Of a DNA stretch of 46,718 nucleotides, positions 34,403 to 43,123 are shown one piece after another. The translations under genes were made by a program, and so were the position numbers. The DNA is from Minisyncoccia bacterium (GTDB lineage: Bacteria > Patescibacteriota > Minisyncoccia > Phycocordibacterales > Phycocordibacteraceae). The notes beneath the pieces were generated by a model. That model was not told the origin of the DNA, did no database searches, and was given only the letters and a program-made list of their open reading frames with translations. The stretch spans positions 1-46,718 of the forward strand of contig JBGPJZ010000004.1 in the NCBI GenBank assembly GCA_041485695.1. Direction: 5' to 3'. The stretch's first letter is position 1. Each line of letters begins with the position of its first letter.

Positions 34403-36285
34403 ATCTTGCGCACGCGAGCCAGGGTAAGGATTAAACGCGATTTAGCACGCGTCATCGCGACATAAAAAAGGCGGCGCTCCTCCTCTTCGTCCCTATCTTC
34501 ATCCCCTTGCCCCTCATGGGGGAAGAGCCCCTCCTCCATGCCCGTCACAAAAACCGTATCAAATTCGAGTCCTTTGGCGGCATGCACGGTCATGAGGGTC
34601 ACTCCTTTCTTCTCTTCATTCCTGTCGAGCTCGTCTTGGTCGCTTGCAAGCGCCGCTTCAGCCAAGAAGGCCGCAATACCCTCTTGCCCCGGCGTACTGT
34701 CGTGACGGGTTGCCAAGGTCGCGAGCTCTTGTACGTTTTCGAAGCGCTCGCGCTCCTCATCGGTACCCTCGGCGAGCGCGGCCTTCATCCCGCTTTTTTC
34801 AATGACGAGCCGTACGAATGTGGAGGGCATCAGCTGTTTACTCGCTCCGTTCAGTGCGTTCACAATAGTCTCAAATTGCTCGACTCTTGAGAGCTCACCT
34901 GCCCGAAGCATGTCACGCTGCCCGGCCATAAGCTTGCCCAAGGTTGTTTTACCAATGCCGCGCGAAGGCGACTGCGCTGCGCGCATCTTGTCAGCCTCGC
35001 GGGTAGGTTCAAGCGCGAGGCGCACCCACGCGAGCGTATCCTTGACCTCCTTACGCTCGAAGAAGCGCGTCCCCAGCAAGCGGTACGGGATATTCGCATG
35101 CAACAGGCCCTCTTCAAGCGCTCGCGATTGGAAGTTCGTGCGAAAGAGAATAGCGATGTTCTCTGGCGATACTCCCTCGCGCATCAGCGAACGTATCTTG
35201 CGAGCAACCCAGCACGCCTCATCTTCAGCATGTAGAGCAGCGTGGACGATAATCGGCGCCCCAGCTGCATTGTCAGTGACAGAACGTTTCTCTTTTCGCT
35301 TCTTGTTCTCACTGATCACGCCATTAGCAGCATCGACGATGTTTTTCGTCGAACGGTAATTATGTTCGAGCACGATTGTTTCTGCCTCTTGGTACGTTTC
35401 ATCAAAATCAAGGAGGTTTTCTATTGTGGCACCCCGCCAGGTATAGATAGTCTGGTCGATATCACCGACGACAAAAAGATTCCGATGTTTTTCAGCCAAA
35501 ATGTTCGCAAGCCGCCCCTGGAGCGCGTTCGTGTCTTGGTACTCATCGATGTGGATGTAACTCCAGCGCTCTTGAGCCAGTGCTCGTATCTCCGGGTGTT
35601 CTTCAAGGAGCCGCACGGGGAGCGCGATAAGATCGTCAAAGTCGAGCGCTTTTTCAGCGCGCAAGGTCGCTTCGTACTTTCGCCACGCCTCCGCCGCAAT
35701 GCGGTTGCCGAAACTCCCCCGCCCCTGCTTCTCCTCATACTCCGCGGCGGTCATCCCCGCCCCCTTCGCCTTGCTGATGCGTGAGAGCACGGCGCGTGGT
35801 GAGAGCTCCTTGGCCTCGATACCGAGCTCTTTCAAGGCCTTAGAAATCGCCTTTTCAGAGTCGTCCCGGTCGTAAATGGAGAAAAAGCGTGAGATGCCGA
35901 TGGCTTTGCCGTAGGATTCGAGCAATTCACGCCCGAGCCCGTGAAAGGTGGCGATAAACGGTAGCGATGCTCCGGGGGGAGCCGCCTGCGAAAAAGTCCT
36001 CGGGTCTCCTCGGCCTTCGGCCTCGGCCAGACTATTTTCTCGCCGGCTCCCTCCGACGCTTTGCAAAAGAGTACGCACCCGTTCACGCATCTCGCGGGCT
36101 GCTTTGTTCGTGAAGGTGACAGCGAGAATCTTCGTAGGAGGCACCCCTTCGCGGATAAGGTGGTAGATCCGGGTTGCAAGGACCCGTGTTTTGCCCGCTC
36201 CGGCTCCCGCAAGGACAGAAACGGGCCCCGCGGTCGCGGTTACGGCGCGCTTTTGGGCGTCATTAAGGCCCTCGAGGTACTTCAC
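34261..36285 (-). CDS. pcrA: UvrD/PcrA superfamily 1A DNA helicase
   Basis: AGAGAGKT, TFTNKAA, DEYQDTN, VGDIDQTIY.WRGA, NYRST, TVHAAKGLEF, EERRLFYVAMTRAK; GTG start at MKYLEGLN. Confidence 0.95.
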   Translation of the reverse strand: MKYLEGLNDAQKRAVTATAGPVSVLAGAGAGKTRVLATRIYHLIREGVPPTKILAVTFTNKAAREMRERVRTLLQSVGGSRRENSLAEAEGRGDPRTFSQAAPPGASLPFIATFHGLGRELLESYGKAIGISRFFSIYDRDDSEKAISKALKELGIEAKELSPRAVLSRISKAKGAGMTAAEYEEKQGRGSFGNRIAAEAWRKYEATLRAEKALDFDDLIALPVRLLEEHPEIRALAQERWSYIHIDEYQDTNALQGRLANILAEKHRNLFVVGDIDQTIYTWRGATIENLLDFDETYQEAETIVLEHNYRSTKNIVDAANGVISENKKRKEKRSVTDNAAGAPIIVHAALHAEDEACWVARKIRSLMREGVSPENIAILFRTNFQSRALEEGLLHANIPYRLLGTRFFERKEVKDTLAWVRLALEPTREADKMRAAQSPSRGIGKTTLGKLMAGQRDMLRAGELSRVEQFETIVNALNGASKQLMPSTFVRLVIEKSGMKAALAEGTDEERERFENVQELATLATRHDSTPGQEGIAAFLAEAALASDQDELDRNEEKKGVTLMTVHAAKGLEFDTVFVTGMEEGLFPHEGQGDEDRDEEEERRLFYVAMTRAKSRLILTLARVRKIYGTDFVSEPSSFLGEIDRSLMVFDETSGPPERADSSGRAGEDVIEA
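34282..34319. repeat. REP-like palindrome in frame in the uvrD C-terminus
   Basis: GCCCGCCCGA ... TCGGGCGGGC perfect 10-bp arms with alternative inner stems CGGAC/GTCCG or ACGAG/CTCGT. Confidence 0.75.
35973..36055. repeat. 83-bp palindromic element in frame in uvrD domain 1
   Basis: CGGGGGGAGCCG / CGGCTCCCTCCG arms, inner GCGAAAAAGTC / GACTATTTTCTCGC, tip GGCC-TTC-GGCC. Confidence 0.75.
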
Positions 36286-36336
36286 CAGGCTCACTTTACA
36301 CTAAAAACCCTTCTCCCCACCCTTTCTGGAGCCCCG

Positions 36337-36364
36337 TTGACCGCCAGCCCCACCCTGCTAGAAT
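36337..36364 (+). promoter_or_regulatory. sigma70-type promoter for the LysM-M23 gene
   Basis: TTGACC-16 nt-TAGAAT with TG extension. Confidence 0.6.
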
Positions 36365-36497
36365 GCCCGAATCGACTGACACGGAAGCACCCAAGAAATG
36401 GCTTAGGTAAGCCGTTTTTGTACTCGGAAGCCTGACTGTTCTACCCCGCCCTCTTATCGAATCAACCCCGCAAAAACCCGAGCCTGAATCAGTATCA

Positions 36498-37568
36498 GTG
36501 GCTCGGGAGACATATTGGATTCTTGGAGCGGCTCTTGCCGCCGCTCTAAGCCTTCTCCTTCTTGCCATCCTTTCCCCTATAAAAGCGAGCGCCTTTTGGC
36601 CATTCTCAACTCCGGCGGACGCCTCGGGCACCTCCGGGCCCATTTTCCATGACCCGGCGCTCGCTCTCCTCGATGCCGCCACAAACGTAGATCCGAATCC
36701 GACCAAAGGAGTCTCCCCCGTCGCCCTCTCTGACGGTAGCGCACTCGTTGCGGATGCTGGCCCTGCGGGCGCTACCGCCGACGTAAACGGCTCCTTGACC
36801 CCTGGGCAAATTTCGCTCTATACGGTGCGCTCGGGCGACACCTTGGGCGATATTTCGAAGATGTTCGGCGTTTCTATCAACACCATCGCGTGGGCGAATA
36901 ATCTCGGGAGCGCACGGAGCATCCATCCCGGGCAGCAGCTTGTGATACTGCCAGTCTCTGGAGTCGAGCACAAGGTGGTGAAGGGCGATACGCTCGCCTC
37001 CATCGCGAAGAAGTATCATGCAGACGCCGGCGATATAGCCGAATTCAACGGCCTCGATTCAGGAGCATTGCTTGAGGTCGGTTCGACGATTATCGTGCCG
37101 GGCGGTGAATTAGCGATTTCGATTGTGACGAGCGCGAAGCGCCTGGTCGTCAACCCCTACCGCGGCGGTAGCGGCGCCGAGGTCGACGGATATTACGGCA
37201 ACCCGGTGCCGGGAGCAGCCCTCACGCAAGGCATCCACGGGTGGAATGGCGTCGACCTCGGTGCCCCGCGTGGCACGCCAATCTATGCGGCTGCAGCGGG
37301 CGTCGTCATCGTCGCTCGCAATAATGGCGGATGGAATGGCGGCTACGGCAATTATGTCGTTATCACCCATGCGAATGGCACGCAAACCTTGTATGCACAC
37401 ATGACGCACAGCATCGTTTCAATCGGGCAGATGGTCGACCGCGGGCAGTTGATCGGCTACGTCGGTGCGACCGGCGAAGCGACCGGCCCGCACCTCCACT
37501 TCGAAGTGCGCGGTGCGAGGAACCCCTTCGCTTCTTGCCCGCTGGGCGCCGTCTGTCAGCCGAAATAA
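36498..37568 (+). CDS. LysM x2 + M23 peptidoglycan endopeptidase-family protein
   Basis: N-terminal TM/signal; YTVRSGDTL and HKVVKGDTL LysM; GVDLGAP.GTPI, YGNYV, LYAHM, TGPHLHFEV. Confidence 0.93.
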   Translation: MARETYWILGAALAAALSLLLLAILSPIKASAFWPFSTPADASGTSGPIFHDPALALLDAATNVDPNPTKGVSPVALSDGSALVADAGPAGATADVNGSLTPGQISLYTVRSGDTLGDISKMFGVSINTIAWANNLGSARSIHPGQQLVILPVSGVEHKVVKGDTLASIAKKYHADAGDIAEFNGLDSGALLEVGSTIIVPGGELAISIVTSAKRLVVNPYRGGSGAEVDGYYGNPVPGAALTQGIHGWNGVDLGAPRGTPIYAAAAGVVIVARNNGGWNGGYGNYVVITHANGTQTLYAHMTHSIVSIGQMVDRGQLIGYVGATGEATGPHLHFEVRGARNPFASCPLGAVCQPK

Positions 37569-37574
37569 GTATTC

Positions 37575-39167
37575 CTATTCAAAACCGAACATACCGCGAG
37601 GGCGGTAGTGGAGAGCCTCGTGGATGTGGGCGGGCGTAACGTCGCGAGCTCCCGCGAGATCGGCGATAGTGCGCGCCACCCGCATCGTGCGGTGGTAGGC
37701 ACGAGGTGAGAGGTTCAAGCGTGCGGCCGCACTCGCAAGAATATCTTTTACGGCGGTAGAGAAACCGCTTTTTTCATCAAGCTCACGGCCCGAGAGGTGC
37801 GCATTTGTTGCGCCCCGCTTCCCCGCTCTTTTTTCAGCATGGGTGCGTGCGGCAATCACACGTTTGCGCACAAGTTCTGAAGGTTCGCCAGTTGCAAGTT
37901 TTGAAAGTGTCTCATGCGGCACCAAAGGCACTTCAATCCAAAGGTCGAGACGGTCGACAATCGGCCGCGAAATTCTGCGCGCTTGCTTTGCGGCAGCACG
38001 GAGCGCCGTGCGCACGTCGTCTGAAATGGTTTCAGCAGGGTTCATTGCCGCGACAATCATGCAATCGGCGGGGAAGGTGACCGTCGCGCGAGCGCGCGAG
38101 ACAGTGACCGTGCGGTCTTCAAGCGGTTGGCGGAGCGCCTCCAAGGCGCGCGCCTCAAACTCGGGGAATTCATCTAAGAAAAGTACACCTTTGTGCGCGA
38201 GGGTCACCTCCCCTGCTTTAGGGAAGGCTCCGCCACCGACAACCGCGACATGCGAGACAGAGTGGTGCGGCGCGCGAAAGGGTGGCCAGTATACCGCCTC
38301 GCCTTCGCCGAGGAGGCCGGCAGTCGAATGTATCGCGGTGACCTCGAGGATTTCGTCGGGCGTTAAGGGCGGCAAGATGCCCGAGAGCGCTCGCGCGAGC
38401 ATCGTCTTACCCGTGCCCGGCGGGCCGTAAAAGACGATATTATGCCGCCCGGCGGCAGCTATCTCAAGAGCGCGCTTCGCGCTCTCTTGCCCCTTAATTT
38501 CGCGCAAATCAATTGCGGGCGGTGGCAAGGCAAGGCCCCGGTCGCGCGTCATGATCGGGAGCCGCTTCCCACCCTTAAGATGTTTTATGACCTCGGCAAG
38601 TGAGTTCGGCGCATAGACGGCGATACCTTCGGCGAGTAACGCCTCACGCGCGTTCGCCGATGGCACAAAAACGGTTTTGATACCTGCACGTTTAGCGGCG
38701 AGTACTTGCGGCAAGATGCCACGCACGCCACGGAGCGTCCCATCAAGGGCAAGTTCGCCCGCAAAAAGTATTGGTTCGGTAGGGAGCTTTAGATCGCCGC
38801 CGGCGATGAGGTAGCAGAGCGCCAAGGGGAGGTCATAATGCGAGCCCTCCTTCTTTAAATCTGCGGGCGAGAGGGAGAGTATGATGCGGCGATTTTCTTG
38901 TTTAGGCGATTTGAATCCAGAATGGCGTATCGCAGCCGAGACTCTGTCGCGAGCCTCTTCAACCGCCTTATCGGGGAGGCCGACGATGGCGAATGAGTGG
39001 AGCCCGCGCGTAAGATCAGCCTCGACTGAAACGATTTCAGCGGCCGCACCTACCGGTTGCGCCGCCATGACCTTCGCGTATCCGCGCGTTTCTTTTCTGC
39101 CGGAGGCAGACCCGCCTCCGGCGGGTCTGCGCGCACTCCCCTTTACTGGTTCAAGTGTTTGAGACAT
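37575..39167 (-). CDS. comM: ComM/YifB family Mg-chelatase-like AAA+ ATPase
   Basis: [61 protein letters not shown]. Confidence 0.93.
   Translation of the reverse strand: MSQTLEPVKGSARRPAGGGSASGRKETRGYAKVMAAQPVGAAAEIVSVEADLTRGLHSFAIVGLPDKAVEEARDRVSAAIRHSGFKSPKQENRRIILSLSPADLKKEGSHYDLPLALCYLIAGGDLKLPTEPILFAGELALDGTLRGVRGILPQVLAAKRAGIKTVFVPSANAREALLAEGIAVYAPNSLAEVIKHLKGGKRLPIMTRDRGLALPPPAIDLREIKGQESAKRALEIAAAGRHNIVFYGPPGTGKTMLARALSGILPPLTPDEILEVTAIHSTAGLLGEGEAVYWPPFRAPHHSVSHVAVVGGGAFPKAGEVTLAHKGVLFLDEFPEFEARALEALRQPLEDRTVTVSRARATVTFPADCMIVAAMNPAETISDDVRTALRAAAKQARRISRPIVDRLDLWIEVPLVPHETLSKLATGEPSELVRKRVIAARTHAEKRAGKRGATNAHLSGRELDEKSGFSTAVKDILASAAARLNLSPRAYHRTMRVARTIADLAGARDVTPAHIHEALHYRPRGMFGFE
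39096..39130. repeat. REP-like double hairpin in frame in the comM N-terminus
   Basis: TCTGCC-GGA-GGCAGA (39096-39110) overlapping GCAGACCCGCC-TCC-GGCGGGTCTGC (39106-39130, perfect 11-bp stem). Confidence 0.8.
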
Positions 39168-39505
39168 GTGCGCGCTGCGGGGTCGGCGGTAAGACGAGCT
39201 TCTTCAATGGGTTCGCCCGACACCACGCAGGTGCCGTAGGTCCCTTCCTCTATGCGGTCAAGCGCAGAGGTCACTTCGTTGTAACGTGTCTCCAGGTCGG
39301 CGACAATCGACGCGTTGATATCAAAATCAGTCGTACGTTCAGCGATATCAAGCGGGTCTGAAAGCGTGCCTTCAGAGCCTGGAGGCGGGGTCGGCTCCCA
39401 GTCTTGTGAGTTCGCGGGGTTCTTGCGTCCTACCCCAACGAGCTCTCCTTCAAGTTTCTCTTTCTCTTTGGTGAGTACCTCCTTAAATCGAGCGGCGGAT
39501 TTCAT
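39143..39505 (-). CDS. DksA/TraR family protein
   Basis: Coiled coil with DPLDIA tip, AL.RI..GTYG.C..SGEPI...RL.A.P.A..C. Confidence 0.88.
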   Translation of the reverse strand: MKSAARFKEVLTKEKEKLEGELVGVGRKNPANSQDWEPTPPPGSEGTLSDPLDIAERTTDFDINASIVADLETRYNEVTSALDRIEEGTYGTCVVSGEPIEEARLTADPAARTCLKHLNQ

Positions 39506-39527
39506 GAGGGCCAGTATATCAAAGCGT

Positions 39528-40661
39528 TCAATGCGCTGTGCGGGAGGTCGCGAACCGCTTCAAGAGCTCGCTGTAAGCGCTCTCATTACGCGCAATGATA
39601 AGCGCCTTCGGGTCCCAGTATCCATACATGAGGAGGCTCTGCCCATTAGCGTCGCGCAGCACCCGTACATCGTGATTTGAGATGATCTCATCGCGGAATG
39701 CGAGCGTGGTTGTTCCCGATAGGGGGAAGAGGAGAGAGAGGTCGGCATTCATGTGCGGCTCCCATGCGAGCATGCCGGCGAACGTGTCTCCATATGAGCT
39801 TACCGAGAGGATGAAGAAAGGCGAGGCTGTCCCATCAGCACTTACGATGCCCGCCATGCTGCCCGGAGTATTCACATTGCGAAGCAGGATGCCGGGCGCC
39901 GGGAGCTGGAGCGCATGAAAGACGTCGCTACTGGTCGTCGTGCCCGCGGCTATGTAGAGGAGGCGTACGCTCCCGGCAGAGAGGGTCTTCTTCAAGGAGG
40001 CGCTTATGGCGCTCGTGAGCGCGCCTCCTACTCCGCTCACCTCCTCGCGTTCGTTGATGAAGATCGGCGTCGCTATGGCCGGTGCGATTTGGATTGGTGC
40101 GGGCGAAGTGACGTATTGGTAGGTCGCATACGCGCCTCCCGTGCCGAGGATGATAAGGAGGATGCCGCCCGCGATGAAGGGGATATTAAAGCGCGCAGGC
40201 GAGACGGCTCTTTGTGCACGCGTGTCGCCTTCGGCAGCGAGAACGGTTGCGGTTGAGGCTTGAGTCGTTTTCAGGCGTTCTGAAAAGTCGCTGGTGTAGG
40301 TATGGAGGGGCGCTTTATCGGGAGGGACAGGTATGGGCGTCGGCGGCACTGGCACCTCGGGCGCTTTTTTAAATGAAAAGGCTGGGAAGACAGACCCCTC
40401 TATGAGCCGTGTGCGGGCTGGCTCAATGAGGTGTTCTTCTTTGATTTGAGGCGAAGGAGGTGGTGGTGGCGGGAGCGGTTTGGGCGGCGGCAGGGGCGGT
40501 GCAGTGGTAGGGGGTTCGGGCTGTTGCTCAACCACAGCGAAGTCAGGCTTAGTGCCTTGTTTGAGTGCGGCCGTATCGCGCTCCAACGTGCGGATGTATT
40601 GCTTCGGTTCATTATGGAGCGAAACATCTATCGGTTCCTGCGGTTTTTGGTTCGGAGGCAT
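39528..40661 (-). CDS. Single-TM protein with Pro-rich N-terminus
   Basis: IRTLERD motif, poly-Pro tract, one TM, C-terminal domain with FAGMLAWE and F.D..I.N.DVR. Confidence 0.75.
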   Translation of the reverse strand: MPPNQKPQEPIDVSLHNEPKQYIRTLERDTAALKQGTKPDFAVVEQQPEPPTTAPPLPPPKPLPPPPPPSPQIKEEHLIEPARTRLIEGSVFPAFSFKKAPEVPVPPTPIPVPPDKAPLHTYTSDFSERLKTTQASTATVLAAEGDTRAQRAVSPARFNIPFIAGGILLIILGTGGAYATYQYVTSPAPIQIAPAIATPIFINEREEVSGVGGALTSAISASLKKTLSAGSVRLLYIAAGTTTSSDVFHALQLPAPGILLRNVNTPGSMAGIVSADGTASPFFILSVSSYGDTFAGMLAWEPHMNADLSLLFPLSGTTTLAFRDEIISNHDVRVLRDANGQSLLMYGYWDPKALIIARNESAYSELLKRFATSRTAH

Positions 40662-40699
40662 AGCCGTGCCGATTCATTTTACCCCATACAGGCCCTAAA

Positions 40700-40729
40700 G
40701 CACCGCACCCGCGTTAGCGGGTGCGGTGC
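40700..40729 (-). terminator. Terminator hairpin after the NYN gene
   Basis: GCACCGCACCCGC-GTTA-GCGGGTGCGGTGC, perfect 13-bp stem. Confidence 0.7.
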
Positions 40730-40741
40730 GTTCAGCTCGTA

Positions 40742-41257
40742 TTACCCTCTATACCCGATGGTAAAACGCTTCGGGTCGTCGCACATGTCGGTGAAGGCGT
40801 GCGCGGCCTCTTTCAGTTTTGCTGAAGATGATTTGCCAAACGAGATCACCTCGACTTGGCACCCCTCGTTCATATCGAGGTACTGGATGAGGGGGACGAA
40901 GTCGCCGTCGCCAGAGGCGATGACGACTGTGTCGAGCTTGGGCGCGAGCTTCACCGCGTCGATTGCGAGCCCGACGTCCCAGTCGGCCTTCTTCGCGCCA
41001 TCGGCGAAGACCTGCAGGTCTTTAACCTTGGTCTCGATGCCAATCTTAGTGAGAGCCTCGAAGAAGTTCTTCTCTTCCCCACCTTCGGTCGAGATGACGT
41101 AGGCGATAGCGCGCACTAGGGTGCGGCCGCCGAGAGCCTCCTCGAGGACATTCGCGAAATTAACGCGAGTCTTGTAGAGGTGCTTGGCGCTGTGATAGAG
41201 GTTTTGCGTGTCTATGAATATCCCGACGCGCTGGGCTTGGTGTTTGATAACTGCCAT
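40742..41257 (-). CDS. NYN-domain (LabA/DUF88, PIN-like) protein
   Basis: FIDTQNLY, KADWDVGLAIDA, ASGDGDFVPL. Confidence 0.92.
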   Translation of the reverse strand: MAVIKHQAQRVGIFIDTQNLYHSAKHLYKTRVNFANVLEEALGGRTLVRAIAYVISTEGGEEKNFFEALTKIGIETKVKDLQVFADGAKKADWDVGLAIDAVKLAPKLDTVVIASGDGDFVPLIQYLDMNEGCQVEVISFGKSSSAKLKEAAHAFTDMCDDPKRFTIGYRG

Positions 41258-41290
41258 AAAAATAAATAAACGAAATTATTAAAATCGGAC

Positions 41291-41308
41291 ATCCGCCAGC
41301 TGGCGGAT
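41291..41308. repeat. Perfect 18-bp palindrome (REP-like)
   Basis: ATCCGCCAGCTGGCGGAT in the NYN 5' region; shares the CCGCC...GGCGG core with the comM element. Confidence 0.7.
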
Positions 41309-41330
41309 CCAACTACATACTACCACCCTT

Positions 41331-41357
41331 GCCCTGCGTAGCTTTAGCGAAGTGGGG
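41331..41357. repeat. Imperfect REP-like hairpin immediately after the rpsO stop
   Basis: GCCCTGCGTAGCTTTAGCGAAGTGGGG; no U-tract, so not a typical terminator. Confidence 0.45.
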
Positions 41358-41624
41358 TTATTTTTTCAACCCGAGCTTTTTGACGAGCGCGTTATAGCCG
41401 CGCTTGTTGCTCGATTCGAGATAGCGCAAATGCGAGCGCCGGTCAGCGACCATCTGCAAAAGGCCGCGGCGAGAGTGAAAATCTTTCGCATTCTTCTTCA
41501 AATGCTTCGTAAGCTCGTCAATCTGCCGTGAAAGGAGTGCGACTTGGACCTCCGGCGAGCCGGTATCAGCGTCATGGCGACCTGCGCCCTTCATGACGTT
41601 CGCCTTTTTCTTCGTGGTAAGCAT
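41358..41624 (-). CDS. rpsO: 30S ribosomal protein S15
   Basis: DTGSPEVQVALL, HLKKN.KD.HSRRGLL.MV..RR.L.YL. Confidence 0.97.
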   Translation of the reverse strand: MLTTKKKANVMKGAGRHDADTGSPEVQVALLSRQIDELTKHLKKNAKDFHSRRGLLQMVADRRSHLRYLESSNKRGYNALVKKLGLKK

Positions 41625-41717
41625 GTATCACTACACTACCACATCTTGCTAAAAAGTGCAAGGATTGCGGAATATTCTGTACCCATGTTGTGCGACGCTT
41701 GGTGCTACAATTTAGAT

Positions 41718-42611
41718 ATGAATGCTGAGGGGGCGAAGAGGCAATTCTTGGAATATATCGAAATTGAGCGCGGCCGCGCGGTGAAGACGATTGAGAATTA
41801 CGACCACTACCTCACGCGATTCTTCGCGCAAATGAAGATTTCGACTACGAATGACATTACCGAGAGCAGCGTTCGGGAGTTTCGCATGTGGCTCAATCGC
41901 CAAGCGGGCGCAGACGGCTCGATGAAGCGCCGGACGCAGAATTACTACCTCATCGCCATACGCGCCTTCCTCAAATTCCTCCGCAAGCGCGAGGTTGAGT
42001 GTATTTCACCCGAGAAGATTGAGCTCGCGAAATTGCCGGAGCGCTCGCTCGACCTCATCACCTCCGCCGAGCTCGGCCGCCTCATGGAGGCGGCCGATGG
42101 CGAGGATGAAAAGTCGCTCCGCGACCGGGCTATCCTCGAGATCCTCTTTTCTACCGGCCTTCGCGTCTCCGAGCTCTGCTCCCTCGATGCCGATTTAGAC
42201 CTCTCTCGCGACGAATTCTCGGTGCGTGGCAAGGGCGAGAAAATCCGCGTCGTCTTCATCTCCCCCACTGCCAAAGACGCGGTGAAAAAATATATGAAAG
42301 CGCGCAAGGATATGGGCGAGGCGCTCTTCGTCAATAACGCGCGCGGCCGTGAGCGCGGCGAGCGCCTCACACCGCGTTCCATCGAACGAATCATTAAAAA
42401 GTATGCAATTAAGGCCGGTATTACGAAAAAAGTCACGCCGCACGTCTTGCGCCACTCCTTCGCAACCGACCTCCTCTCGAACGGCGCCGACATCCGGAGC
42501 GTGCAGCAGCTCCTCGGCCACGCGTCCATCAACACGACGCAAATCTACACGCACGTAACCGACTCTCACCTGCGCGACATCCATAAAAAATATCACTCTC
42601 GCTCTCGATAA
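41718..42611 (+). CDS. XerC/XerD-like tyrosine recombinase
   Basis: T..NY N-domain, RDRAILE.LFSTGLRVSEL, GKGEK.R, TPHVLRHSFAT, LLGHAS..TTQIYTHV (R-K-H-R-H-Y set). Confidence 0.95.
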   Translation: MNAEGAKRQFLEYIEIERGRAVKTIENYDHYLTRFFAQMKISTTNDITESSVREFRMWLNRQAGADGSMKRRTQNYYLIAIRAFLKFLRKREVECISPEKIELAKLPERSLDLITSAELGRLMEAADGEDEKSLRDRAILEILFSTGLRVSELCSLDADLDLSRDEFSVRGKGEKIRVVFISPTAKDAVKKYMKARKDMGEALFVNNARGRERGERLTPRSIERIIKKYAIKAGITKKVTPHVLRHSFATDLLSNGADIRSVQQLLGHASINTTQIYTHVTDSHLRDIHKKYHSRSR

Positions 42612-42617
42612 AAGTAA

Positions 42618-42639
42618 GGGCGGGCCGATGGACCCGCCC
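42618..42639 (-). terminator. Terminator-like hairpin between convergent genes
   Basis: GGGCGGG / CCCGCCC stem; minus strand continues TTACTTTT. Confidence 0.5.
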
Positions 42640-42693
42640 CCACTGCGTGTTGCTGGGCCACTGCCGGGGGAACCCAACAACTCCCCTACCTTA

Positions 42694-43041
42694 TCACTCC
42701 TCTGTACCGTCTTCAAATTTCAGCGCTTTGCGGGAGTGCGCGATGACGCGGGAGGGGCACGTGGCCACCTTGCGTAAGAACGTCGAGTGATAGATGCGCG
42801 CGATTTCGGGGTCTTCGAATACTGCGGAGAAAATCTGCCAACTCCCCTGCCCCAGCCGGTCTTGCATGTAATCGAAGAGCCGGTTGACGGAGTTCATTTC
42901 TGCCCGTTCGTCATCAGTGAGCGGCTCCTTGGGCAAGAATCCGAACAGCTTCTCGAACTCTTCTCTCGTGAGCTCCGCTTTCGGGATGATGCCGAGTTTG
43001 ATTGGCTTAACCTCCACTTCAGGCGGCGGCAAGTAATTCAT
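42694..43041 (-). CDS. Hypothetical protein (115 aa)
   Basis: AAGGGGAG SD before the ATG; protein-like composition; fills the gap. Confidence 0.65.
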   Translation of the reverse strand: MNYLPPPEVEVKPIKLGIIPKAELTREEFEKLFGFLPKEPLTDDERAEMNSVNRLFDYMQDRLGQGSWQIFSAVFEDPEIARIYHSTFLRKVATCPSRVIAHSRKALKFEDGTEE

Positions 43042-43123
43042 CGCACTCCCCTTTTCTTGTTACGCACCTCGCGGTGCCTCCACTGTAGTAAACGGGCGCG
43101 TGCGGCTGCCAGTTACAGGCAAG

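Noticed and set aside
40450-40520. G-rich runs in Pro-rich genes (also 27000-27400, 43130-43350) as repeats or G4 elements
   Set aside because: Explained by poly-proline codons on the opposite strand
41718-42611. Tyrosine recombinase as the integrase of a mobile element
   Set aside because: Size and motifs fit housekeeping XerC/D, it has a native leaderless-type start next to rpsO, and no att repeats or dif site were recognised
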